A stretch of 64,000 nucleotides of DNA. Origin: Bacillota bacterium (lineage in GTDB: Bacteria > Bacillota > Dethiobacteria > DTU022). Within the stretch, counting starts at the first letter, position 1, and the number at the start of each line of letters is the position of its first letter. Under the pieces are notes generated by a model. It made no database searches and was not told where the DNA came from. It worked only from the letters and a program-made list of their open reading frames with translations. Positions 19,962-29,887 of this stretch are shown in pieces. The DNA lies in the NCBI GenBank assembly GCA_033549065.1, contig JAWSUE010000001.1:60944-124943 (forward strand). The letters run 5' to 3'. A program made the translations under genes and the position numbers.

Positions 19962-21308
19962 CTATTCCCAGAAAATATCATTCGGAAGATTAAGGGTATA
20001 TGTATTACTATCATTTTCGTTAAGTTCAAGAATGGAATCTTCTGATACCCAAATAGCTCCGCCACCCTCAGGTATTCCTGCCTGGTTGCTTTCAAATATA
20101 TTCCGAAGTATAACCGGTGATGAATTGTATATTGCCAATCCTCCACCCAGGTATTCAGAAATATTATCAATAAAAGAATTGCCATCCAAAGTCGGAGATG
20201 ACCCTTCCATGTAAAAACCGCCACCGGCGATATAAGCCAGATTATTTGCAATATTATTCCCAATTACCTGCAGAGCGCTGTTTAGTGAGTTAACTACAAA
20301 GAAACCTCCACCGTTGGCTGCCCTGTTGCGCGAAATGGTGTTATCTTCGATAACCGGCTCTGATTCTTCAATCAATACTCCTCCACCATTGCGTTCAGCG
20401 ACATTACCTGTGATGGTGTTACCACGGATAGTTGGGGTCGAAGAAAGGGCGACAACCAATCCACCTCCAAGGCGGGTAGCCACATTATCAGCGATAATGT
20501 TATTGGTAACCATTGGTGCGGAATTAGAAATAATAACAATACCGCTCCCCATCTCAGCCCTATTTCTCGAGATCTCATTTCCATCAACAAGCGGGGAGGA
20601 TTCTTCAATAAAGATTCCTCCTCCTAAAAAACCTGAATTATTTGTTATGATATTATTTAAAATAGATGGAGCAGAATCAAATATGGCTACTCCAGCACCA
20701 TATTCAGCGGTATTGTCTTCAATGATACAGTTCTGAATGACTGGAGAACTCCCTCCGGAAATTAATATTCCACTACCCCGGGTAACAGTGAACCCATCCA
20801 GAATCGCACCTTCCCCTTCACCGCTTCTGAAGGAGACTACCGTTCCACTATCTCTCCCATCAATTATAGTTTCAGCTACTATTGAAGGATCACTCGGATC
20901 TGTACTGCGCAAAATAATATTTTTGCCTTTGAAGTCTATGTTTTCCCGGTAAACCCCGATCTGAACTATAATCTCATCGCCATCTTCTGCTGCATCAATA
21001 GCTTCCTGAATAGTTGCATACTTATCCGGAACAGTAACTCCGGAGTCACCGAAATCAACAAATATATACACTGCAGCTGCTATGGCCACTAATATAGCCA
21101 GGCCAATAAGTATATATTTGATGCTGTTTCCTGAAGCCCTGACCCTGACCACTTCAGGCTCAGCAATATCTTTGCTTTTCTCTTCTTGTTTCCGGGATTT
21201 TACCTCAATCTTTTCGCTCTCTTTTACCGGTTCATGCCCACAATAGGGGCACATAGAATATTCTTTCTCGTCATAGCTCATACCACAACTTTTACAATCT
21301 ATTATCAT
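19962..21308 (-). CDS. zinc-ribbon/TM-anchored right-handed parallel beta-helix repeat protein
   Basis: 448-aa ORF. N-terminal CKSCG...CPYCG zinc ribbon, Lys/Glu-rich linker and TM helix. The ectodomain is paralogous to the downstream gene (VPDKYATIQEAIDAAEDGDEIIV vs VPGKYRTIQVAINEAVDGDVIVV). Confidence 0.75.
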   Translation of the reverse strand: MIIDCKSCGMSYDEKEYSMCPYCGHEPVKESEKIEVKSRKQEEKSKDIAEPEVVRVRASGNSIKYILIGLAILVAIAAAVYIFVDFGDSGVTVPDKYATIQEAIDAAEDGDEIIVQIGVYRENIDFKGKNIILRSTDPSDPSIVAETIIDGRDSGTVVSFRSGEGEGAILDGFTVTRGSGILISGGSSPVIQNCIIEDNTAEYGAGVAIFDSAPSILNNIITNNSGFLGGGIFIEESSPLVDGNEISRNRAEMGSGIVIISNSAPMVTNNIIADNVATRLGGGLVVALSSTPTIRGNTITGNVAERNGGGVLIEESEPVIEDNTISRNRAANGGGFFVVNSLNSALQVIGNNIANNLAYIAGGGFYMEGSSPTLDGNSFIDNISEYLGGGLAIYNSSPVILRNIFESNQAGIPEGGGAIWVSEDSILELNENDSNTYTLNLPNDIFWE

Positions 21309-21485
21309 AAGTAATACCCCTCTCGAATACGATTCTCTGAAAATAGAAGGTATTTATTCTATTTAACCAACAATATATTCATTCACTTATATTATCATGT
21401 TCCGCTCTGATAAAACAAGTATATGCGATCATACATTTATAATTTTAACAAAAAGGTATCGGTTCACCTGTGCAATTGTTTAACA

Positions 21486-21522
21486 TAGAAAAGGCCACCT
21501 TCCTTTTACAGTAATGGTGGCC
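21486..21522 (-). terminator. rho-independent terminator of the repeat-lipoprotein gene
   Basis: Minus strand reads GGCCACC-N16-GGTGGCC followed by TTTTCTAT. Confidence 0.6.
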
Positions 21523-21543
21523 ATCTAGATGAGTCTCAATAAT

Positions 21544-22449
21544 TTATTTTTTTGTTATTGATATTAAGATCGGCCTGTGCTGGCTTTCCCTGTAAACAAA
21601 GACCACTTCAGAACCATCTTCGATATCGCCGGCAGCCACCCCTTCTCCAAGAGCAAATGCTCTATAATACTCAATTTCAACAGATTGACCATCGATCTGT
21701 CCAATATAGGTGCCATGCAATACTTCTCCCTCAACAGGCTCTTCCACTACTTCAATCGAATCTAAAACAGCTCGCGGACCATCCTCAGTATATGTATAAA
21801 CCACCAGTGAACCATCATCAACATCATCCAGATTAACCGATTCTCCAATAATAAAAACCCTGTTAATTAATATTTCGACTGAATTTGCATCTATCTGACC
21901 GATAAAAATTCCTTCTCCGATAAGCTCACTTTCTTCGCCGGCTGCAAGCGATTCAAGCTCTTCAATAAATAGCAGAACAGGCCTATCACCTGTTTCGATG
22001 TATATGAAAGAGACCCTGGATCCATCAGGGATATGATCAACTGAAACACCTTCACCAAGAGCGAAAGCAACAAATTCATTATCTAGTTCAATCTCAACCG
22101 AATGGCTGTCTATCTGTCCGGTATATATACCCTCAGCTTCCAACTGAGCAGCTAAAGGTTCAATGGAGAGCAAAACCGGTCTGATTTCTTCTTCGGTAAA
22201 TGTAAAACGAACCGGGGTGTTTTCACTTATGCTAGAAGTATTAACTCCCTGACCCAGCACAAATACCCTGGGTTGACCATCTATCTCTATTTCAACTGAC
22301 TGGTTATCAATCTGGCCTGTATATATTCCTTCTCCTTCAATAATTGATAACTGATCCGAGTCTGTTTCCACCTGGCTACAGCCATTGATAAATGATCCGG
22401 CAATTAATATAAACACTAATAACCCCAAAATCGAAATTTTTTTAAACAT
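21544..22449 (-). CDS. lipoprotein with four tandem ~60-70-aa repeats, function unknown
   Basis: 301-aa ORF. Signal peptide plus lipobox INGC. Four repeats of pattern GIYTGQID-x-SVEIE...ALGEGV...DGS-V-F-Y...RPVLLSIE. Confidence 0.7.
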   Translation of the reverse strand: MFKKISILGLLVFILIAGSFINGCSQVETDSDQLSIIEGEGIYTGQIDNQSVEIEIDGQPRVFVLGQGVNTSSISENTPVRFTFTEEEIRPVLLSIEPLAAQLEAEGIYTGQIDSHSVEIELDNEFVAFALGEGVSVDHIPDGSRVSFIYIETGDRPVLLFIEELESLAAGEESELIGEGIFIGQIDANSVEILINRVFIIGESVNLDDVDDGSLVVYTYTEDGPRAVLDSIEVVEEPVEGEVLHGTYIGQIDGQSVEIEYYRAFALGEGVAAGDIEDGSEVVFVYRESQHRPILISITKK

Positions 22450-22712
22450 TCTTTACGCCCCTTTCCAAACTGTCTAAGTATATAGACCTATAACTTAGTG
22501 TCAGGGTTCCTGGTTCTCCTAACAATAAATTTCGTATTAATCTTGTATCCATTATATATAATCATATATGATAGTGAATAGCACATAATAAATATATAAT
22601 AAATATAATTATTTGTTTCAAATTGTTTAATACCTATGCCAAATCGTTTGCTTACTACTGGAGGATAATGCTCATCCATAAAAAAGTCAATTGCTAAAGG
22701 AGAAGAAGATCC

Positions 22713-23663
22713 TTGGAAGATACAATCAGGGTTGGTGTCAGCTCATGTCTACTGGGCAACAAGGTGAGATACGACGGAGGGCACAAACATGATTATTACA
22801 TTACTGATGCCCTGTCCAGGTATTTTTCTTTTGTTCCTGTTTGCCCTGAAGTTGAGTGCGGTCTACCTGTACCCCGTGAAGCAATGCGGCTTGTTGGTAA
22901 TATTGAAAATCCCAGATTAATCACCATAAAAACTGGAATAGATCTAACAGAGAAAATGCTCAGGTACAGCGCTGCCAGGGTAAAAGAACTGGAAAATGAT
23001 GATATCGACGCTTTTATATTCAAAAAAAACTCGCCCAGCTCCGGTTTGTACAGAGTTAAAATATATGATCAATCAGGCAGGGTTCATGGAAAAGGCCAGG
23101 GGCTTTTCGCCCGTTCACTGGTTGAACAATTCCCTTATTTGCCCGTGGAGGAAGAAGGTCGTCTTCAGGACATGAGCCTCCGGGAAAATTTTATAGAAAG
23201 GATTTTCAGTTACAAGCGCTGGAAAAACTTTCTAATAGACTCTCCTGATTTTAGAAAGTTAATTACATTTCATGCCCACCACAAACTTCAGCTGATGGCA
23301 CACAGCCCGAAACACCTCTCCAAGATAGGCAAACTGGTTGCAGAGGGGAAAAACATACCGGTACAAATACTATTCAAGCAGTATGGAGAAAACCTGATGG
23401 AGGCAATGTCTCTAAAAGCAACAGTCAAAAAAAATGTTAACGTGCTGCATCATATTATAGGCTATTTCAAAAAACATATCGGCTCCGATGATAAAAAAGA
23501 ACTTCTGAAATTGATAGATCAATACCACAATGGGTATAGCCCCCTGGTGGTGCCGCTAACTCTAATAAATCACTATATCCGCAAGCACCGTATTATTTAT
23601 CTGTCGGATCAAACCTATTTAGAGCCGCATCCATCGGAGTTGATGTTACGTAATCATGTTTAA
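22713..23663 (+). CDS. DUF523 (TudS-like Fe-S) / DUF1722 (YbgA-like) fusion protein
   Basis: 316-aa ORF with TTG start after AAAGGAG. N-terminus VGVSSCLLG...CPEVECGLPVPRE is typical of DUF523. The C-terminal helical half resembles E. coli YbgA. Confidence 0.7.
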   Translation: MEDTIRVGVSSCLLGNKVRYDGGHKHDYYITDALSRYFSFVPVCPEVECGLPVPREAMRLVGNIENPRLITIKTGIDLTEKMLRYSAARVKELENDDIDAFIFKKNSPSSGLYRVKIYDQSGRVHGKGQGLFARSLVEQFPYLPVEEEGRLQDMSLRENFIERIFSYKRWKNFLIDSPDFRKLITFHAHHKLQLMAHSPKHLSKIGKLVAEGKNIPVQILFKQYGENLMEAMSLKATVKKNVNVLHHIIGYFKKHIGSDDKKELLKLIDQYHNGYSPLVVPLTLINHYIRKHRIIYLSDQTYLEPHPSELMLRNHV

Positions 23664-23762
23664 TGTAGTTATTATTTATACTCCTTGATTTTGTCTTTAC
23701 GAAACTGAGCCTCTATTGTATGATCCATCTGAAGTCGGTTCACACTTAAGGGAGGAGCATCA

Positions 23763-24881
23763 ATGCATCATAAACCGAATTTAAAACCAAAAAACCCAAA
23801 TTTCTCCTCGGGGCCCTGCGCCAAACATCCCGGGTACAATTTATCAGAATTAAGCGAAGCACCCCTCGGCAGATCCCATCGCAGCATTATCAGCAAATCC
23901 CGTATTAAAGAAGCAATTGCCAGAACAAAAGATGTTCTGGGGATACCGACTGACTACCTGGTTGGCATCGTGCCTGCTTCCGATACCGGCGCTTTTGAAA
24001 TGGCCATGTGGAACCTGCTTGGCAAAAAAAAAGTTGAAGTAATATTTTTTGAGGCCTTTGGTAAAGCCTGGGCAGATGACATAACGAAGCACCTCAAACT
24101 CGATGATGTTGAACTGCATTTTGCCGAATACGGCGACCTTCCTGCGCTGAACAACTTTAATTTTTCCAATGATCTGGTATTAACCTGGAATGGCACAACC
24201 AGCGGGGTCAAAATACCTGATGGCAATTTTATACCTCCGGACCATGAAGGGTTGATTATATGTGATGCAACTTCTGCAGTTTTTGCCATGGAGATACCCT
24301 GGGAAAAGATTGATGCAGTAACATTTTCCTGGCAAAAAGTTCTTGGCGGCGAAGCCGCTCATGGTATGCTGGTTTTATCACCCCGGGCGGTAAACAGGAT
24401 TGAAACCTATACTCCTCCATGGCCTATACCGAAAATATTCCGTCTGAAAGAAAATGGCAAGCTGATAAAAGGAGTTTTTGAGGGCTCAACGATCAATACA
24501 CCATCAATGTTATGCGTTGAAGATTACCTTGAGGCATTAAAATGGGCTGAAAAAACCGGTGGACTTAAATCTTTGATTAAACATAGCGAACAAAATCTCA
24601 TGGTGGTAGAAAAGTTCGTGGAAGAACGACCCTGGATAGATTTTCTCGCCAGAGAAGCAAAATTCAGATCTAACACCAGCGTTTGCCTGGTTTTAGATGT
24701 TAGCGAAGATAAACTGAACAAAATAATTAAGCTAATGGAAACAGAACAAGCGGCATACGATATTGCCTCTTACCGGGACGCTCCCGATGGATTACGCTTT
24801 TGGTGCGGCGCAACCGTAGAAAGAGAAGACCTGGAATTAGCCCTGGAATGGCTTGAATGGGCTTATCATTCGGCTCTTTAA
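23763..24881 (+). CDS. serC: phosphoserine aminotransferase
   Basis: 372-aa ORF. N-terminal [12 protein letters not shown] motif of the short SerC type. Class-V aminotransferase fold. GGGAGGAG SD. Confidence 0.85.
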   Translation: MHHKPNLKPKNPNFSSGPCAKHPGYNLSELSEAPLGRSHRSIISKSRIKEAIARTKDVLGIPTDYLVGIVPASDTGAFEMAMWNLLGKKKVEVIFFEAFGKAWADDITKHLKLDDVELHFAEYGDLPALNNFNFSNDLVLTWNGTTSGVKIPDGNFIPPDHEGLIICDATSAVFAMEIPWEKIDAVTFSWQKVLGGEAAHGMLVLSPRAVNRIETYTPPWPIPKIFRLKENGKLIKGVFEGSTINTPSMLCVEDYLEALKWAEKTGGLKSLIKHSEQNLMVVEKFVEERPWIDFLAREAKFRSNTSVCLVLDVSEDKLNKIIKLMETEQAAYDIASYRDAPDGLRFWCGATVEREDLELALEWLEWAYHSAL

Positions 24882-24897
24882 TCAGTTAATTATTTAT

Positions 24898-25119
24898 ATG
24901 AGATTGGGGATGAGTAATTTGCAGAGTGCAGTTGACCTGGTAATAATACTCTGGCCGTTGATTTTGCTGCAGTTTTTGCTGGCAGTCTGGGCAATTATTG
25001 ACCTCATAAGACGTAAGTACGTTAAAGCCCTTCCCAAATGGGCCTGGGCTTTAATAATTATCTTTGTGAATATGTTCGGGCCAATCATTTACCTCGTTTT
25101 CGGCAGAGGAGAGGAATAA
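24898..25119 (+). CDS. PLDc_N-domain small membrane protein
   Basis: Two TM helices and the motif WAIIDLIRR...KWAWALIIIFVNMFGPIIYLVFGRG. Start uncertain (ATG 24898 or 24910). The ORF-track start at 24853 overlaps serC. Confidence 0.6.
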   Translation: MRLGMSNLQSAVDLVIILWPLILLQFLLAVWAIIDLIRRKYVKALPKWAWALIIIFVNMFGPIIYLVFGRGEE

Positions 25120-25120
25120 T

Positions 25121-26080
25121 ATTACAGGATCAGCTATTGAAGTAAGTGAACTTACCAAATCTTACGGGCAAACACCCGCTCTGCGCGGCATTGATTTTAA
25201 AGTTATACGGGGTAGTATACACGGCTTTCTGGGCCCCAACGGAGCAGGTAAAACAACAGCAATTAAAATAATTCTCGGCCTGATGAGTGCATCTTCGGGC
25301 AATATTAAAGTGCTTGGTGAGCCTTTAAGATTCGGAAATAGATTGAGCTATCTGAGATATGTTAATTACCTGCCCCAGGATCCGGTTTTTCCTGAAGGCT
25401 TAAGCGGAAAAGAATCTCTTAATCTTGTGGCGGACATCTACAAAGTAGACCAAAAGAAAAGCAGACACAGGGTAGAACGCCTTCTTGAACATTTCCAGCT
25501 TGAAGATGCAGCCAACCGTAAAGTGGGCGCCTATTCAAGGGGTATGAAACAAAGGCTTGGTATTGCAGCTGTACTGCTGACTGAGCCTGAATTGCTCATC
25601 CTGGATGAACCGGTATCCGCTCTTGATCCTGAAGGCAGGAGAAGGGTTCTGGATATAATCTCTAAGCTAAAAGGCAGGGCAACTGTTTTTTTCTCAAGTC
25701 ATATCCTTGCTGATGTGGAAAGAATCTGTGATCATGTGACCATTATCAACCAGGGCAAAAAACTCCTGGATGCAAGCATGAATGATCTTCTGAAGCGCTA
25801 CGCCATGGAACAGTACCTCATAACCGTAAAGCCTGATCAATACAATAAAGCTGCTGCTTTAATACAAACCAGAGCCTCAGTCCGCCAGGTTTCACTGCTG
25901 CACGATAAGATACTCGTGATTTCTGAACCAGGTGAATCGATTAAAATGGCTGAGGAGCTAATCCCCTTTCTTATAAATGAAGATATCACAGTAACGGAAT
26001 TCATGCAGAATAGATCGAATCTTGAAGAAGTATTTTTCAGGATTCTTGATGAATACCAGCAGGGAGGTCAGGAAAAATGA
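25121..26080 (+). CDS. ABC transporter ATP-binding protein (non-canonical start)
   Basis: Walker A GPNGAGKTT, signature YSRGMKQRL and Walker B LLILDEP are present. Walker A lies upstream of the first ATG (25283). The frame opens at 25070 and has no ATG/GTG/TTG before the P-loop. ATT at 25121 follows GAGGAGAGG by 6 nt. Confidence 0.8.
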   Translation: MTGSAIEVSELTKSYGQTPALRGIDFKVIRGSIHGFLGPNGAGKTTAIKIILGLMSASSGNIKVLGEPLRFGNRLSYLRYVNYLPQDPVFPEGLSGKESLNLVADIYKVDQKKSRHRVERLLEHFQLEDAANRKVGAYSRGMKQRLGIAAVLLTEPELLILDEPVSALDPEGRRRVLDIISKLKGRATVFFSSHILADVERICDHVTIINQGKKLLDASMNDLLKRYAMEQYLITVKPDQYNKAAALIQTRASVRQVSLLHDKILVISEPGESIKMAEELIPFLINEDITVTEFMQNRSNLEEVFFRILDEYQQGGQEK

Positions 26081-26838
26081 TCACCCTTGTGATTAAGGAA
26101 TTGAGGTGGAACTGGCGCAGCTTCCGTTATCCCGCATTCTTGATTGTTGTCCTCTTTTTTGCCCTGCTCGACCCTCTGATGATGCGGTACATGAATGAAA
26201 TCATTGCCTATTTCGCTGAAGGGTTGGAGATGGTTATGCCTGATCCCACACCCGGCGAAGTTTATGTATCATACCTCTCAGATGTATCTCAAATCGGCAT
26301 TTTCGTGCTAATATTCGCTGTTATGGGAGTAGTTGCCAGGGAGAAAGAAACGGGTATAACAGGATGGCTTCTCAGCAAGCCTGTTGGACGCTGGGAATAC
26401 CTATTTTCAAAGATTATAGTTCTTTATGCGACTATAATTATCGGCATAATGGGCTGCAGTTTAATTGCATACCTCTATACAGCCAGTTTATTTGATAATA
26501 TCCCTCTTGGTGAAGCAGCTAATGCAACTATAAGCCTGATTTTTTTTACTCTCTTTATTGCCACCATTACACTCAGTCTTTCAACCTTGCTGAAAAGTCC
26601 CCTTCAGGCAGGCGGTTTAACCATTCTTATATTTTTCCTCACTGGAATTTTAAATTTTATAATTGCCAATTCAAAATTTGCTAATTATTACCCCAATACA
26701 TTACTTTCCCAATTAAGACCGCTTGTTGATGGCACAATTGGATTAACCGACGTTTCAGGCCCAATATTAGCAACAATTATTCTATCAGCATTGATGATAA
26801 TATTTACTGGAATACGCTTTTCTCGCATGGAATTATAA
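26077..26838 (+). CDS. ABC-2 family transporter permease
   Basis: 253-aa ORF with 6 predicted TM helices. ATGA overlap with the preceding ATPase gene. Confidence 0.7.
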   Translation: MITLVIKELRWNWRSFRYPAFLIVVLFFALLDPLMMRYMNEIIAYFAEGLEMVMPDPTPGEVYVSYLSDVSQIGIFVLIFAVMGVVAREKETGITGWLLSKPVGRWEYLFSKIIVLYATIIIGIMGCSLIAYLYTASLFDNIPLGEAANATISLIFFTLFIATITLSLSTLLKSPLQAGGLTILIFFLTGILNFIIANSKFANYYPNTLLSQLRPLVDGTIGLTDVSGPILATIILSALMIIFTGIRFSRMEL

Positions 26839-28116
26839 TGAAATCTTCCTGCTGTTATTGGCATGCTTCCTCAGAATAAAATTCATAACAACCGATACGG
26901 CTGCGATCAGGAGGCAGAAATAGAAGGCATTCACAAAAGCAGATAGTGGGAAAAGCGGGACATCCCCATCAAAAGTTCCCTGCCAGCCAAGCTGTAAAAT
27001 AAAACCGAAGATGATCTGTAGAAATGCTGCACCGACAAAATTTCCCATATTCACAAATCCGGAAGCTGTTGCCACCAAATTTGAGGAACTTTTCTCTTTT
27101 GCGCTGGTTAAAGATAGCATGGTAGCCGAAACAGAAACTCCCAGGTTGAAAGAGATCAGGTAAATTAAAAAGAGTGGTGGTTTGCCGCCAAATACTACCG
27201 CCAGCAATGCCAGGTTTAGCCAAAAAAGAAGTGCCCCCATAAATATGATCAACCGTCTTCGCCCCAGTTTGTCTGATATATAACCAGCCAAAGGCGCTCC
27301 AAACATAGCACCTGCCGCAGCAGGCATTACATAAAGCGAAGCCTGCTGCCTGGTAAGTTCATATACCTGCATCAGATAAGTAACGCCCCAGGCCCCTGAA
27401 AAAGTCAGATAGCCACCGTATATTCCAAAATTAATGAAAAATAACATCCAGAGGTATTTGTTGCTGAGTGCAGTTTTAAACATTTCTCCTACAGGTATTG
27501 TAACCCTTAACCTATTTACCTTCTCCCCTGAAATCCCGGAAGCTTCTAATTTTTCAGGATGATCCTTAATCCAGATGAAACAGGCCAGAGCCAGTGAGAT
27601 GGAGATTATACCAGCTACGGTAGAAATAGAACGCCATGTGGCAAAATTTAAAAGGTATGCAAGGGGAAATGTAGCAATTACCGAGCCGATCGAACCGATG
27701 AAAATGGCCATACCATTCATTGTCGCAAATTCATCTGTACTATACCATTCAGACTGGAATTTCATCATATTGATCAGGACAACCGAAGCGCCGAAACCGA
27801 TCAGCAATCGACCTACGAAGAGGCTGAAAATTGAATTAGACGTACCAAAAATCAGGGCGCCGGCTCCCATAAGAAACGTTATAAGGAAAGCAGATCGACG
27901 CGAACCAAACTTATCAACAAACAGACCCCCGGGAACAAGCATTAATAAATATGTATATGAGTATGCTGCCGCCAGGTTTCCCATGGTGGCTCCGGATAAA
28001 TTGAAATCAGCCATCAGGCTATCGGCCAATACATTCAAACTCAACCGATGGAAGTGAGCTATTATGTGAGTCAGGGAAAGCAGCGACCACATCCAGAAAC
28101 GTATATGTTTATTCAA
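26833..28116 (-). CDS. MFS transporter
   Basis: 427-aa ORF with 12 predicted TM helices and MFS motif GGLFVDKFGSRR. Its 3' end overlaps the convergent permease gene by 6 nt. Confidence 0.8.
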   Translation of the reverse strand: MNKHIRFWMWSLLSLTHIIAHFHRLSLNVLADSLMADFNLSGATMGNLAAAYSYTYLLMLVPGGLFVDKFGSRRSAFLITFLMGAGALIFGTSNSIFSLFVGRLLIGFGASVVLINMMKFQSEWYSTDEFATMNGMAIFIGSIGSVIATFPLAYLLNFATWRSISTVAGIISISLALACFIWIKDHPEKLEASGISGEKVNRLRVTIPVGEMFKTALSNKYLWMLFFINFGIYGGYLTFSGAWGVTYLMQVYELTRQQASLYVMPAAAGAMFGAPLAGYISDKLGRRRLIIFMGALLFWLNLALLAVVFGGKPPLFLIYLISFNLGVSVSATMLSLTSAKEKSSSNLVATASGFVNMGNFVGAAFLQIIFGFILQLGWQGTFDGDVPLFPLSAFVNAFYFCLLIAAVSVVMNFILRKHANNSRKISL

Positions 28117-28306
28117 CAGGAATCCCCTTGTCTTTGATCTATATCAGCATCATTAATCCAGTCTAATCTGCTTCTTTTTTTTAGTCAATAGGAACTTTGA
28201 GTATTTTTGGTTCATAACAGGTCATTGATTGACGAAATCCGTGAGCAGATCAATAATTAAGTGAAGCGTTGTTTATACCAATCATTTTAATTTTTGGGGA
28301 GGAGGT

Positions 28307-29167
28307 TTGATTTTGTTTCAGGTAAATAATGTATCATACAGATACCCACGAAACCGCGATGATACAATAAGGAATCTTAATTTTGAAATGAGACAGGGTG
28401 AAATTTTCGGACTGCTTGGACCAAGTGGAGTCGGAAAAAGTACCACTCAGAAAATCATGGTTCGGCTGCTCACAGACTACAGGGGAACTATTAATTATCG
28501 TAATAGAGATTTGAAAACATTTGATAAAGATTATTACCAGGAGATAGGTGTTGGCTTTGAAGTGCCTGTTCATTTTTCCAAGCTAACCGCTGAGGAAAAT
28601 ATTAATTTCTTCAGTAAACTTTACAAAAACCATATTGATACTGACAGCCTGATGAAGCGACTGGGTATTTATGATGAACGCAAGAAAAAAGTAAGTGAAT
28701 TTTCAAAAGGTATGAAAATAAGACTAAACTTCGTCAGGGCAGTAATGAATAATCCGGTTATGCTCTTTCTGGATGAGCCAACCATCGGTCTGGATCCAGC
28801 AAATGCCCGTATATTAAAAAATTTAATCAAAGAGTACAGGGATAACGGCGGGACAGTTTTACTGAGCACCCATTTGATGAATGATGTTGATGAATTGTGT
28901 GATCGAGTTGCCTTTATGGTTGACGGGAGCATAAAAGAAATAGATACCCCGCAAAGCCTTAAATTAAAACATGGTGAGAATAAGGTTGTTTTAGAGTTTA
29001 TGGATAGTTCAGTAATTGCCAAAGCAACTTTTGAAATGGACACGTTAAGCAGTAACAGTGATTTTTTTAATATAATCAAAACAAAAAAAATAATTTCGAT
29101 GCACAGTAAAGAAACAACCCTTGACGACATTTTTATTAAGGTTACAGGGGTGGGTAAAAATGCATAA
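28307..29167 (+). CDS. ABC transporter ATP-binding protein
   Basis: 286-aa ORF with TTG start after GGGGAGGAGG. Walker A GPSGVGKST, signature FSKGMKIRL, Walker B LFLDEP. Confidence 0.9.
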   Translation: MILFQVNNVSYRYPRNRDDTIRNLNFEMRQGEIFGLLGPSGVGKSTTQKIMVRLLTDYRGTINYRNRDLKTFDKDYYQEIGVGFEVPVHFSKLTAEENINFFSKLYKNHIDTDSLMKRLGIYDERKKKVSEFSKGMKIRLNFVRAVMNNPVMLFLDEPTIGLDPANARILKNLIKEYRDNGGTVLLSTHLMNDVDELCDRVAFMVDGSIKEIDTPQSLKLKHGENKVVLEFMDSSVIAKATFEMDTLSSNSDFFNIIKTKKIISMHSKETTLDDIFIKVTGVGKNA

Positions 29168-29885
29168 TTTACTGTTACTCCTTGTGGGTGAATATAAACG
29201 AATGCTGGAATACAAAATTGCAGCTGCCAGCATAGTTGTGGCCTTGATCTGGATCGGCGTTCTCTACCTGACAGAAATAACTGATATAACCTTCATATTC
29301 CCTTTACTCCTCTTTATTGACACCACATCGATGGCAATTCTAATGGTCGGTGTAACGATATTCTTCGAAAAACAGGAAGGGAGTCTAAGGGCTATTCTAG
29401 TTGCACCAATCAATAAGACCGATTACTTACTGACAAAAATAATATCTACAATAACTGCAAGTATTTTTACACTGATAATCCTCTATCTTTATTCCCTGCT
29501 ATTTAAAGAAATGAACCTTAGTATATTTGGTCTGCTGGGAGCTGTAATTATTACCGCACTTTTTCATGCACTTGTGGGCATTATCCTGTCATATTACTCC
29601 AAAGATTTTACAGGACTCTTGATGAATATGTTTAAATATATGCTTATCTTCATGCTTCCCGCATTGCTCGACCAAGTCAATATAATCCAACATGAACTGC
29701 TTAATAAAATACTGTATTTATCTCCAACTAAAGCAGCAATGGTTCTTCTGTATGCTCCAACAGGCTCTGCGAGCAGTGGTGAACTGATTTACAGTTTAGG
29801 GTACCTTGTATTTGGTTCAGTCATATTGTTTATTTTTGTTATCAAACTATTTGATTCATTTGCAGCAAGGGAAGGAGGTGTATAA
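29160..29885 (+). CDS. ABC-2 type exporter permease
   Basis: Polytopic membrane ORF. ATG 29160 overlaps the ATPase stop (ATGCATAA) and is preferred to the ORF-track start at 29121. Confidence 0.65.
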   Translation: MHNLLLLLVGEYKRMLEYKIAAASIVVALIWIGVLYLTEITDITFIFPLLLFIDTTSMAILMVGVTIFFEKQEGSLRAILVAPINKTDYLLTKIISTITASIFTLIILYLYSLLFKEMNLSIFGLLGAVIITALFHALVGIILSYYSKDFTGLLMNMFKYMLIFMLPALLDQVNIIQHELLNKILYLSPTKAAMVLLYAPTGSASSGELIYSLGYLVFGSVILFIFVIKLFDSFAAREGGV

Positions 29886-29887
29886 AA

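Noticed and set aside
18373-20952. Many long plus-strand ORFs (18373..18870, 18944..19222, 18978..19268, 19271..19483, 19519..19860, 19948..20214, 20314..20736, 20737..20952), plus the minus-strand ORFs 19919..20263 and 20372..20608.
   Set aside because: All overlap the two beta-helix genes. Their Pro/Ser/Ile-rich low-complexity products are what the periodic GGN/AAT-rich repeat codons give when read antisense or out of frame. None has an SD or a recognisable domain.
27575-29130. Long antisense ORFs inside transporter genes (27575..28057 +, 28669..29130 -). The same applies to 3050..3496, 9045..9458, 16506..16943 and 47592..48032.
   Set aside because: Each is fully embedded antisense in a gene with strong family motifs. 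The products are low-complexity and have no SD.
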